From a virus (lineage: Duplodnaviria > Caudoviricetes), in the IMG/VR virus record IMGVR_UViG_3300044724_003024, positions 1 to 24,705 of that record: a stretch of DNA of 24,705 bases, one strand, 5' to 3'. Shown in pieces: positions 1 to 7,023 of this stretch. Numbering within the stretch: the first letter of the stretch is position 1; every line of letters begins with the position of its first letter. Both the position numbers and the translations under genes were made by a program. The notes below the pieces were generated by a model. The model saw only the letters and a list, made by a program, of their open reading frames with translations. It did not search any database and had not been told where the DNA came from.

Positions 1-105
1 AAGGCGGTGCGTGTTGCATCTGATGCTATTGAAACCGAAATTGCCACGCTCACCGACGAACAGGCAGGGCAGTATGACGTGGCGGCAAGTCCCTTATGGC
101 CCTAA
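1..105 (+). CDS. 3' end of an upstream gene, possibly a tail-fibre assembly/chaperone-like protein (partial)
   Basis: Frame 1 is open from base 1 to TAA at 103-105 (KAVRVASDAIETEIATLTDEQAGQYDVAASPLWP). A terminal WP is common in phage tail-fibre assembly proteins. Confidence 0.5.
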   Translation, partial: KAVRVASDAIETEIATLTDEQAGQYDVAASPLWP

Positions 106-120
106 TAATCAGGCGACACT

Positions 121-975
121 ATGTGGAACGTTTCCCGGCTTGGACCTGATGCACACCAGATAGAGTTCGATGATGAGTTCCAAAACAACGATTGGGAGCA
201 GTGGGTACTCCTGACGGGAGACCGCCATTGGGACAACCAACACTCCGACTGGTCGCTACAAAAGAAGCACCTCGAATTGGCAAAGGAGCGCAACGCTCCG
301 GTCATCGACGTTGGGGACTTCTTCTGTTTGATGCAGGGCAAGTACGACAGGCGCAAGTCCTCGGATGCTCTGCGACCCATCCACCGGGGCGAGGAATACT
401 TTGATGACATTCCGAACACGGCGGTTGATTTTTTCAAACCGTACGCCCACCAGTTCGCTGTCATCGGACATGGCAACCATGAAACCGCGATTATAAAGCA
501 TCACCAAACGGACGTACTCGCTCGCTTTGCCTATCGGCTAAACAAGGAGACAGGGTCTAACGTTCAGGTTGGCGGTTATGGTGGCTATGTCAAACTCCGC
601 TTTGCCACACCGAACAAGCGTCGTAGTGTTTGGCTGCGATATTTTCATGGGAGTGGGGGCGGAGGACCTGTTTCCAAGGGGGTCATAGGCACGAATCGCC
701 GCCAGTACTACGATGCCGACATTGTGGTAACCGGACACATCCACGAGCGGTGGCGCGTCGAGTTGGTCAAAGAATCCATTTCCGACTACGGGAAATTGTC
801 GCTCAAGCCACAGGTCCATCTGTGCGTGTCTACCTACAAGCAGGAGTACAACACGCAGGGCGGCTGGCACGTGGAGCGCGGCGCACCCCCAAAACCGCTC
901 GGCGGGTGGTGGCTTCGGTTCAGTTTTGACATGAAGGCAGACCGAGTTGTCTTTCAGACGATGGAGACGCTCTGA
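121..975 (+). CDS. Calcineurin-like metallophosphoesterase
   Basis: Metal-binding motifs appear in the canonical order: GDRH, VGD, GNHE, FHG, GHIH. Confidence 0.85.
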   Translation: MWNVSRLGPDAHQIEFDDEFQNNDWEQWVLLTGDRHWDNQHSDWSLQKKHLELAKERNAPVIDVGDFFCLMQGKYDRRKSSDALRPIHRGEEYFDDIPNTAVDFFKPYAHQFAVIGHGNHETAIIKHHQTDVLARFAYRLNKETGSNVQVGGYGGYVKLRFATPNKRRSVWLRYFHGSGGGGPVSKGVIGTNRRQYYDADIVVTGHIHERWRVELVKESISDYGKLSLKPQVHLCVSTYKQEYNTQGGWHVERGAPPKPLGGWWLRFSFDMKADRVVFQTMETL

Positions 976-1006
976 GGCTTCGCAGAATCGCCTGTAACGA
1001 ACGACC

Positions 1007-1387
1007 TCATTCTTTTGGTATACTGACAAGGGCAGAACCGATGTGGTCTGTGATCGCCTTGTACGCATCCGTCCACGAGTAGCAGACCATACAATCGTAG
1101 CCTACCTGCTCGAGCCTTTCAAGCCATGCCTTCTGGTGCTTGCTCGGTCTGTTGGGCTTCACCTTCATCTCAATGAACAGCCCCGCCGAGTACGAGTTGG
1201 GGACCGCTACGAAGATGTCGGGGATGCCTGCCTTCACGCCTTCGGCTTTCAGTTTGGCTGCCACCTTGATATGGCGATGACCGCCGTTTGGTATGGCGAA
1301 GATGTTGGCAAATAGCGGGTTGGTCCGCTCTTGTAATTTTAGCGCTTTGAACAGCGCCACCTGCTCCCGGTGTTCTTGGTCTTTCAT
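1007..1387 (-). CDS. VRR-NUC domain (PD-(D/E)XK) nuclease
   Basis: Contains FAIPNGG, LKAEGVKAGIPDIFV, LFIEMK, and Q..WLERL...GY, typical of phage VRR-NUC proteins. Confidence 0.85.
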   Translation of the reverse strand: MKDQEHREQVALFKALKLQERTNPLFANIFAIPNGGHRHIKVAAKLKAEGVKAGIPDIFVAVPNSYSAGLFIEMKVKPNRPSKHQKAWLERLEQVGYDCMVCYSWTDAYKAITDHIGSALVSIPKE

Positions 1388-1929
1388 TATCGAAGCACCA
1401 CGTATTCCTTGCCTTCGCCCAGCGCCGCAAAGTCACATTCCAGACCCGCAGCGAGCGCCTTGCCGATGGCGGTCTTGTCTGGGCGGCGCGTGATCTTGGT
1501 AAACTCATCCGGCACGAGCGACTCGTCCTCGACAATGACAGGGGCCTTCGCCTTGCGCACCGATACACTGACATGGTTGGGTGTCTCTGCCTTCTGTATT
1601 CCGAGCATTCTCATCGACAGCATGATCCGATTTTTCAGACCATCGACCACCCGGCGCTTGCTGTTGGCGCGAGCCTTCATGGTATCCATGCGCTCTTTTA
1701 GGTATGCCGCTTTCGCTTCGTAGGCTTCGGTATCCAATTCCATCTGTGCGATGACCACGGCGTAGCGGTCCATCTTGACAAGGATGTCATCCTCGCCTTG
1801 TGCAAGCTGGTCGAGCAGCACCTCGGCATCCTCTGTTATCTCGCCGCCCGTTGCTTCGAGCAGTTCCTCCAAGTTGACAAGGTCTGCCAGTTGGTTGTGT
1901 GTCAGGTCAAATAGGTTCTGGTTGTCCAT
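1387..1929 (-). CDS. Siphovirus Gp157 family (Mu Gam-like) coiled-coil protein
   Basis: Acidic N-terminus, a central coiled coil, and C-terminal VIVEDESLVPDEF...PDKTAIGKALAAG. Confidence 0.8.
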   Translation of the reverse strand: MDNQNLFDLTHNQLADLVNLEELLEATGGEITEDAEVLLDQLAQGEDDILVKMDRYAVVIAQMELDTEAYEAKAAYLKERMDTMKARANSKRRVVDGLKNRIMLSMRMLGIQKAETPNHVSVSVRKAKAPVIVEDESLVPDEFTKITRRPDKTAIGKALAAGLECDFAALGEGKEYVVLR

Positions 1930-1947
1930 TGTCTCTCTCTGTTTGTG

Positions 1948-2187
1948 TTATCGTTTCGGGTATCCGTCATTGCCGTATCTGGCGAGCCGACCGCGAGCCT
2001 GTGTTAATATATCGCCACAATGCCGGGTCACTACGTCAAGATATGAATCGGCAGCGGTCATACCTTCTTGTGGCTGTTGAAGGCAGGACAGCACGATCCA
2101 AGTGGCAACGTTCAGTTTTTCTTTCTGCGTACAGTTTTCCAATGCCTTCCCAACATCGGCAAAGACCTGTTGTTCTAAGAGTGTCAT
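1948..2187 (-). CDS. Hypothetical phage protein
   Basis: Start moved to the ATG at 2187 (MTLLEQQ), which overlaps the upstream stop as ATGA. Confidence 0.6.
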   Translation of the reverse strand: MTLLEQQVFADVGKALENCTQKEKLNVATWIVLSCLQQPQEGMTAADSYLDVVTRHCGDILTQARGRLARYGNDGYPKR

Positions 2188-2297
2188 CGCTTTAGCCACC
2201 TTTTAATGGTTAGTATTGCCCACGCCTTAACACGCCACACGAGCGCATCTTGTTCAGGCGTTGATTGTGGTTCCTCAGTCCAGTCCAGTTCAATCAT
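2184..2297 (-). CDS. Small hypothetical protein (37 aa, not in ORF track)
   Basis: MIELDWTEEPQSTPEQDALVWRVKAWAILTIKRWLKR; ATGA overlaps at both ends suggest translational coupling. Confidence 0.6.
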   Translation of the reverse strand: MIELDWTEEPQSTPEQDALVWRVKAWAILTIKRWLKR

Positions 2298-2599
2298 TGT
2301 TTAGCCTCTTTGATCATTTGGTCATATAACGCTTGGGCCTTTTCGTGTACCTCTGGCGAGAACCTGTTGTATTGTTTGCCGCCCTCCCTTATAGACTCGC
2401 CAGTGTACTTTAATTGACTACCAATCCAACCTCTGCCCATAAACCCAAGGTTCTGGATGTATAAATCGACAGCGAGGCGGCGAGCCATGTCCTGTTCCTG
2501 CTTCCTATTGCCATTTAAGAAGTCTAAAATATCAACACCCGTTGCGATTGCCACGGCTTCCTTTAGTATCTGCGAGCGTTCGCCTATGCTCTCAATCAT
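2294..2599 (-). CDS. Protein with a divergent DnaA domain IV-like (Bac_DnaA_C) helical domain
   Basis: ILKEAVAIATGVDILDFLNGNRKQEQDMARRLAVDLY...IG follows the DnaA C-terminal pattern (I..VA..fgv...l....R......AR..A......IG). Confidence 0.5.
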   Translation of the reverse strand: MIESIGERSQILKEAVAIATGVDILDFLNGNRKQEQDMARRLAVDLYIQNLGFMGRGWIGSQLKYTGESIREGGKQYNRFSPEVHEKAQALYDQMIKEAKQ

Positions 2600-2850
2600 T
2601 GTTGCACTTCAAGTATAGGTTCTATCAACTCGCCATCGACAAACGCTTGCATAGCATCCTCAATGTGTAGTTTCGCAGCGTTCAGCCCGTCCCCAAATCC
2701 CTCGAAATACCCTTCGTCTTTCCCGTCCCAAAACGCTTCGGCTTCTTGCATACCGAGCGCTGACTCCTTGATCCTCTTGTGTATCATCACCACGGCTTGC
2801 CGAATCTGTACGTTTATTGCTTCCCGGTGCGTTCCGTTGTTTGTGCTCAT
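2596..2850 (-). CDS. Hypothetical phage protein
   Basis: 84 aa ORF with 4-nt overlaps to both neighbours. Confidence 0.65.
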   Translation of the reverse strand: MSTNNGTHREAINVQIRQAVVMIHKRIKESALGMQEAEAFWDGKDEGYFEGFGDGLNAAKLHIEDAMQAFVDGELIEPILEVQQ

Positions 2851-3347
2851 TTCAATTCCTCGATCAGTTTAGATAGGGCGGTTGCGTCTGCCGACTTTGC
2901 CCGTTCGATGTATGCTGCCTGCTTATCCTCTGGAAGCTTCTTGATAAGCGACCATGCGAAGTTCTTCTGCTTCTGCGTTGCCTCGCGTGGACCCTGCTTC
3001 GCCTGCTTACTGACCGCCTGCGCTACTTCGTCGGCGCTCGCGTACTCGGTCCCAGCGTAGCCTGCGGCTGCCAGAGCGCGTCCGATGGCGCTCGTCTCCG
3101 AGTTTTCAAGGGCTGATGTGCTATTGATTCCACGCTGCGAGCGTTCTTCTTCGGCGTAGCCAGTAGCCACCACGCGACCCTGCGGGTCTGTAATAATGGC
3201 TCGCATGATGACCGTCTGTGCGTCAACGGCGTAGCACTGGGTTTCAATGCCCCAGCCATCGTCGATTGGATAGCCTTCTCTAAACTCGCTCACGCGGAGC
3301 GCCACGGTCTTGTACTGCTTGCCGTGGATATTAACGATTCCGCTCAT
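2847..3347 (-). CDS. Rad52/Sak-like single-strand annealing protein
   Basis: GKQYKTVALRV...VVATGYAEE...INSTSALENSETSAIGRAL is typical of phage Rad52-like recombinases; it lies in the same operon as the Gp157-like and VRR-NUC genes. Confidence 0.7.
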   Translation of the reverse strand: MSGIVNIHGKQYKTVALRVSEFREGYPIDDGWGIETQCYAVDAQTVIMRAIITDPQGRVVATGYAEEERSQRGINSTSALENSETSAIGRALAAAGYAGTEYASADEVAQAVSKQAKQGPREATQKQKNFAWSLIKKLPEDKQAAYIERAKSADATALSKLIEELK

Positions 3348-3477
3348 TGGTTTCTCTCTCCTTCTTGTTTTCTGTTTGCTCGGTTGTTCGCCCTTCTGGG
3401 TTGTTCTGCATTATCTCCAAGATTCGCTCACGCTCGCGCCTGCGAATATCTTGATACCAATCATCATGCGTTTCCAT
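3331..3477 (-). CDS. Small hypothetical protein (48 aa, not in ORF track)
   Basis: METHDDWYQDIRRRERERILEIMQNNPEGRTT...; preceded by GAGGTAGACA-ATG and fills the gap in the operon. Confidence 0.5.
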   Translation of the reverse strand: METHDDWYQDIRRRERERILEIMQNNPEGRTTEQTENKKERETNERNR

Positions 3478-3655
3478 TGTCTACCTCGTCCATCTCTTTA
3501 ATGATTGCCGCCATGCGGTCAAGGCTGCGCTGAAGCGATGTGGTATCGATCGTCCGCAGTTGCGGTATTTCTTTCTGCTCCTTCGACATCTCGTACTGCT
3601 CGTCGGCAATCTCGTCGTAGTAGGTATCGAAGTTGTCTGTCTCTCTCTGTGTCAT
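3464..3655 (-). CDS. Hypothetical acidic protein
   Basis: Start moved to the ATG at 3655 (MTQRETDNFDTYYDE), preceded by CAGGACGAGACA. Confidence 0.6.
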   Translation of the reverse strand: MTQRETDNFDTYYDEIADEQYEMSKEQKEIPQLRTIDTTSLQRSLDRMAAIIKEMDEVDNGNA

Positions 3656-3673
3656 TGTCTCGTCCTGTTGTTT

Positions 3674-3730
3674 GTTTGACTTGATACAAAGGTCGAGGTT
3701 TTTTTTGACATAACCAATTCCTTCACAAAC
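3674..3730 (-). promoter_or_regulatory. Early promoter/operator-like element, copy 2
   Basis: Intergenic; ungapped 41/57 identity with 5592-5648; lies just upstream of a minus-strand gene start. Confidence 0.6.
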
Positions 3731-3739
3731 CTTTAACAA

Positions 3740-4021
3740 TCAGTCCCGAAGATATCGGTACGTGTACGTCTTGCGGCGGTACGGTCCTGCGTATACCGAA
3801 TCATCGCGCTCTATCTGTCCTGCATCATGCAGGTTCGTGATCGCTCGCCTAACGCTCGTGATCGGCACATCGCCACGCAGGAAGGTCTTGATGGTCCACG
3901 CATGAATCGACGTGTTGGGCATTGACCTGAACAGGTCGAGGATGCGCTTCGTCTGTGATGCGGCTGACTGGGTTGCGGTTGCCAGTTGCTCGCCCGTCTC
4001 TCTCGTTGTGTTGTAGTACAT
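3740..4021 (-). CDS. Winged-helix DNA-binding protein
   Basis: RILDLF...PITSVRRAITNLHDAGQIER...YTY has a recognition helix plus wing pattern. Confidence 0.65.
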   Translation of the reverse strand: MYYNTTRETGEQLATATQSAASQTKRILDLFRSMPNTSIHAWTIKTFLRGDVPITSVRRAITNLHDAGQIERDDSVYAGPYRRKTYTYRYLRD

Positions 4022-4209
4022 CAGTCTTTCTTGGTTAGTTGTACATCGTTATCGTCAAGCAACTTGTTCAGCATAGCGACCTGATCGCCTGTGAACCTCG
4101 TGCTGCCTTCCGGCTTTTCTATGTTTGACATCAGGATTGCAATAATCCAAGTCAAGACCGAGGCGCAAAGAGCGCCCGTCAGGAATATCGCAGCTTCTTC
4201 GTAGCTCAT
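4021..4209 (-). CDS. Small membrane protein
   Basis: N-terminal hydrophobic helix AAIFLTGALCASVLTWIIAILM; coupled to its neighbours. Confidence 0.6.
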   Translation of the reverse strand: MSYEEAAIFLTGALCASVLTWIIAILMSNIEKPEGSTRFTGDQVAMLNKLLDDNDVQLTKKD

Positions 4210-4388
4210 TTTTTCTTTCGCTTGTTTTTGTTGGCTCCGTTTGATTGCCTTCGTTTTTCAAGTCTGCGGTCCCAAAAGGTGACGGGATCTTCGTCCTTGC
4301 ACCAGTCAAACCACCATCCGAGGTCGTTGTGTTTCTCGCTGACGTAGTGGCAAATGTCGAGCAGGTCGTTGTCTATCTTGAGTGCCAT
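4206..4388 (-). CDS. Hypothetical protein with basic C-terminus
   Basis: Start moved to the ATG at 4388 (MALKIDNDLLDIC), with a TAATG overlap to the upstream stop. Confidence 0.55.
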   Translation of the reverse strand: MALKIDNDLLDICHYVSEKHNDLGWWFDWCKDEDPVTFWDRRLEKRRQSNGANKNKRKKK

Positions 4389-4507
4389 TATCCAACGATG
4401 GTTCTGATGATGAAGTAAGAAGCGCCAAGCAGGATGCCCCAATAGAACACCTTGTCTGGGATGTCGAACAGGCGCTCGACCTTGCGGAGTAGTTGTGTCT
4501 TTGTCAT
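4388..4507 (-). CDS. Small membrane protein (39 aa, not in ORF track)
   Basis: MTKTQLLRKVERLFDIPDKVFYWGILLGASYFIIRTIVG; C-terminal TM helix; TAATG coupling. Confidence 0.55.
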   Translation of the reverse strand: MTKTQLLRKVERLFDIPDKVFYWGILLGASYFIIRTIVG

Positions 4508-4519
4508 GGTCTTGAAAAG

Positions 4520-4543
4520 TTGTGCTGCCTTACGGGGCGGCGG
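4520..4543 (-). repeat. Hairpin direct repeat, copy 2
   Basis: Minus strand CC-GCCGCC-CCGTAA-GGCAGC-ACAA; 21/24 identical to 5271-5294. Confidence 0.7.
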
Positions 4544-4551
4544 GTGATGGT

Positions 4552-5256
4552 TTAGGCGAAGCGCAGATTTACTTTGTCACTTGTATAGTGATTGTAGATC
4601 TTTTCGATCAAATCCCTGTACTGGTCAACCGAAGTGCAGTCGTACATCTTGGCACGTTGCCGCTCAAGTTTCGAACGGAATCTGTCGTAATCGAATTGAG
4701 GAAGATCCAGTAATGATAACATCGCGAAAACGAATGTGCGGCGGCGAATGCCGGGATATAGATCCTCAAGCGCCAATATCTTCTCGGCGCGATCGATTGC
4801 CTTTTTGCGGTCCTTTACTACAAACTGACCGTTCTTGAAATCCTCAAAGGAGGCTCCGTTATAACTGCCGTTTAAAAGACGCAAGCACTCTTGATGACCA
4901 AAACCGTACTTCTTCTTGAAAGCGCGATAAAACTCATAATGCAAGTTGCCCATCTCGCAGTAACCGTCCAGATAATCGTTCGTAGTCCATCGCTTCAGGT
5001 TTGCATTTAGTTGATGAACATCGGTCAAACCGTAGTTCTCGCATATAACGTAGTGTACCGGAAGTCCCAACTCCTTTGCACATTCTAAGCGGTGCTGACC
5101 ATCGATGACTTCAAGATTTTCGTTTACGGTAATGACCGTGAATCGATAATTCTCGCGCATTGACTCCATCAGCCTTGCCTTGTGCGACTGACTGATAGAT
5201 CGGTTGCCAGTAAGTTGCTTGAATTGTGCGTAGTTTTTTGTCGTGCGAATCTTCAT
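4552..5256 (-). CDS. ParB/Srx-like N-terminal domain protein
   Basis: GNR.I...H...L.ESM...ITVNENLEVIDGQHRLEC...LGLPV.Y matches the ParB/Srx core. Confidence 0.75.
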   Translation of the reverse strand: MKIRTTKNYAQFKQLTGNRSISQSHKARLMESMRENYRFTVITVNENLEVIDGQHRLECAKELGLPVHYVICENYGLTDVHQLNANLKRWTTNDYLDGYCEMGNLHYEFYRAFKKKYGFGHQECLRLLNGSYNGASFEDFKNGQFVVKDRKKAIDRAEKILALEDLYPGIRRRTFVFAMLSLLDLPQFDYDRFRSKLERQRAKMYDCTSVDQYRDLIEKIYNHYTSDKVNLRFA

Positions 5257-5270
5257 TTTCTCTCTCTTGA

Positions 5271-5294
5271 TTGTGCCGCGTTACGGCGCGGCGG
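5271..5294 (-). repeat. Hairpin direct repeat, copy 1
   Basis: Minus strand CC-GCCGCG-CCGTAA-CGCGGC-ACAA, a perfect 6-bp stem. Confidence 0.7.
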
Positions 5295-5300
5295 CTTGAG

Positions 5301-5361
5301 GTGTCTGCCTCATCAGCACCGGGAGACAATCCCCGGTGGACGCCCCGAAGGGCGTTTCGGC
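5301..5361 (-). ncRNA. Type II hammerhead ribozyme with loop I/3'-tail pseudoknot
   Basis: Minus strand GCC-GAAA-CGCCC-UUCG-GGGCG-UC^-CACCGGG-GAUUGUCU-CCCGGUG-CUGAUGA-GGC-AGACAC. It has the intact core (CUGAUGA, GAAA, GUC), three perfect stems and a UGUCU/AGACA pseudoknot. Confidence 0.92.
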
Positions 5362-5559
5362 TTATTTGCGCTTTTTCTCTACTTTGATCCACCACTCGTT
5401 CCCGTCCTTGTCGGTGATTACACATGGGACATCTGAGAAGTACTCAATCTTTTCCATGTTGTCGCACAGTACCTCTGTTTCATCGTACCTACTCATGTCA
5501 TCGAAGAGATTGAGGAAGGCTGTCTGAATCGATTGGGTGATTGCTTTGCGAAGGGTCAT
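5362..5559 (-). CDS. Small hypothetical protein, first gene of the early operon
   Basis: 65 aa ORF preceded by CCGAGAGAGACA-ATG; its stop codon directly abuts the ribozyme. Confidence 0.65.
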   Translation of the reverse strand: MTLRKAITQSIQTAFLNLFDDMSRYDETEVLCDNMEKIEYFSDVPCVITDKDGNEWWIKVEKKRK

Positions 5560-5591
5560 TGTCTCTCTCGGTTGGTTGTGGGCTGCTGCCC

Positions 5592-5648
5592 GTTTGACTT
5601 GTGACCAATATCGAAATCCTTTTTTACTTATCCTATCACTTCACAGAC
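5592..5648 (-). promoter_or_regulatory. Early promoter/operator-like element, copy 1
   Basis: Sits at the head of the leftward operon; 41/57 identical to 3674-3730. Confidence 0.6.
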
Positions 5649-5695
5649 AGTTCACACAAACCGCTCACCATTGTACAATTGCACCGTTTCAGGGC

Positions 5696-5725
5696 TTGAA
5701 CCGATCTGCTGCATACGATTATTAT
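5696..5725 (+). promoter_or_regulatory. Possible rightward sigma70-like promoter
   Basis: TTGAAC-N18-TATTAT in the divergent intergenic region. Confidence 0.3.
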
Positions 5726-5737
5726 GGTGGTGGCTGA

Positions 5738-5879
5738 TGCAACAGGTGTCCGTGGTTATGGAAGCGGAGCCGTTCGAGGTGCAGGAGGTCAACCGGAACA
5801 CGTTGGGGATGCAGGCAACGAATCCCGAACAGCACACAGGGGCAGCGTTCTTCCGGCTCTATATATAACCCCTGTTGTA
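5738..5879 (+). ncRNA. Candidate structured RNA or leader
   Basis: Nested complementary segments: 5738-46/5871-79, 5754-59/5865-70, 5766-72/5854-60, 5802-10/5822-30. Confidence 0.35.
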
Positions 5880-6011
5880 CCCTTTTGACATTTAGGGTTG
5901 GCACACCGTATCCTAAGAGACAGAACAAAACAAATCAAAAAAGAAGCCCCACATGGCACGAGGCGAAGGATTCACCGTACTGCTGACAATGGCTACTTTC
6001 TGAAAAAGGAT

Positions 6012-6326
6012 ATGAAGGCACTTGTCCCCAACAGCATCGACGCAAAAGCCATCGGATACATCCAGAGGCGATTAAAGCGGAGCCTGACGTACAACGAGAA
6101 GGAGGCTCTGGTCGGCAACATCGAGCCGGGATCTGGGCAGGAGTTCAAGGATGCCGTCGACTTCTGGTTTGACCACGGTCTGTCCTTTGAGGGACGCGAG
6201 AACATGGAGGACTTCCGAACGAACTACCTGACCCGCTGCGCTGACCGCAGAGAACGCGAGTGGGCAAAGGAAAAGGCGCAACTACACAACACCAAGATCA
6301 TTGACCTTTTCGACGTTAGCATATGA
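6012..6326 (+). CDS. Hypothetical protein, first rightward gene
   Basis: ATG at 6012 preceded by AAAGGAT; protein-like 104 aa (MKALVPNSIDAK...). Confidence 0.6.
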   Translation: MKALVPNSIDAKAIGYIQRRLKRSLTYNEKEALVGNIEPGSGQEFKDAVDFWFDHGLSFEGRENMEDFRTNYLTRCADRREREWAKEKAQLHNTKIIDLFDVSI

Positions 6327-6333
6327 GGCAGAG

Positions 6334-6738
6334 ATGCTCTGCCACAAGATCACCGGGATGTCCATCGCCCAATGGGAGCAGTCCATAAAAGCCCGTAGGG
6401 AACGCGATCTGCGCTGCGGAAAACTGCATGGGCTTCCTATCAGCCAACATCAACGCGACGAGTGGATAGCCTTCTACGACCTCGCTCCCGAGGATTTTGA
6501 ACTTATATGCATCAACCGCGAAGGCGGCTACGAGCAGAACGCCGTTGTGCGCTCCGAGAACAAGGCTCGCTCCGAACTCGGAGATGCCGCAAGACCCGGC
6601 GAGGCGCTGCCAGTACCGAACGTCGAGGACGTGTCCGATCATTGGTGGTCCTACTACGACCGCAACCAGAAAGCCCAGACGCCGCGATGCACGAGCAGGC
6701 TCGGTTACAGGCTTCGCAACAGGCTCGAACATCGATAA
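6334..6738 (+). CDS. Hypothetical protein
   Basis: ATG at 6334 after GAGGCAGAG; a TTG start at 6301 is also possible. Confidence 0.55.
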   Translation: MLCHKITGMSIAQWEQSIKARRERDLRCGKLHGLPISQHQRDEWIAFYDLAPEDFELICINREGGYEQNAVVRSENKARSELGDAARPGEALPVPNVEDVSDHWWSYYDRNQKAQTPRCTSRLGYRLRNRLEHR

Positions 6739-6834
6739 CCGCTTCTGCGTTATATTGACATGGAAAAGATCAAGCCACACCCGCCAGAGCAGATACCCGT
6801 TCCGGCACTTGTACCACCAACTGTACTCCCTACG

Positions 6835-7023
6835 ATGATTAAGAAACTACTCGACCGCCTCAAAGAAGCATCTACATGGGCAGGTCTTGCCATTATCGCG
6901 CAGTTCTTGCCGATTGGCGTTGAGGACTTGCAGGTAATCTGGGAAGCAGTCACCGCACTCGCTGCCGTTGCTGCCATGCTGATCCCAGAGGGCAAGCCGG
7001 AAAAGGAAGCCGAGCAAGGATGA
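6835..7023 (+). CDS. Holin-like membrane protein
   Basis: MIKKLLDRLKEASTWAGLAIIA... with two hydrophobic segments and a charged C-terminus, directly upstream of the amidase. The frame is open back to the ATG at 6760. Confidence 0.7.
   Translation: MIKKLLDRLKEASTWAGLAIIAQFLPIGVEDLQVIWEAVTALAAVAAMLIPEGKPEKEAEQG

Noticed and set aside
4552-5256. DGQHR protein as part of a Dnd phosphorothioation system
   Set aside because: No dnd genes nearby; the motif is shared by stand-alone phage ParB/Srx proteins.
5652-5928. Short ORFs in the divergent region (5671..5868 +, 5652..5837 -, 5722..5928 -)
   Set aside because: No convincing starts, coupling or protein-like features; the region looks regulatory.
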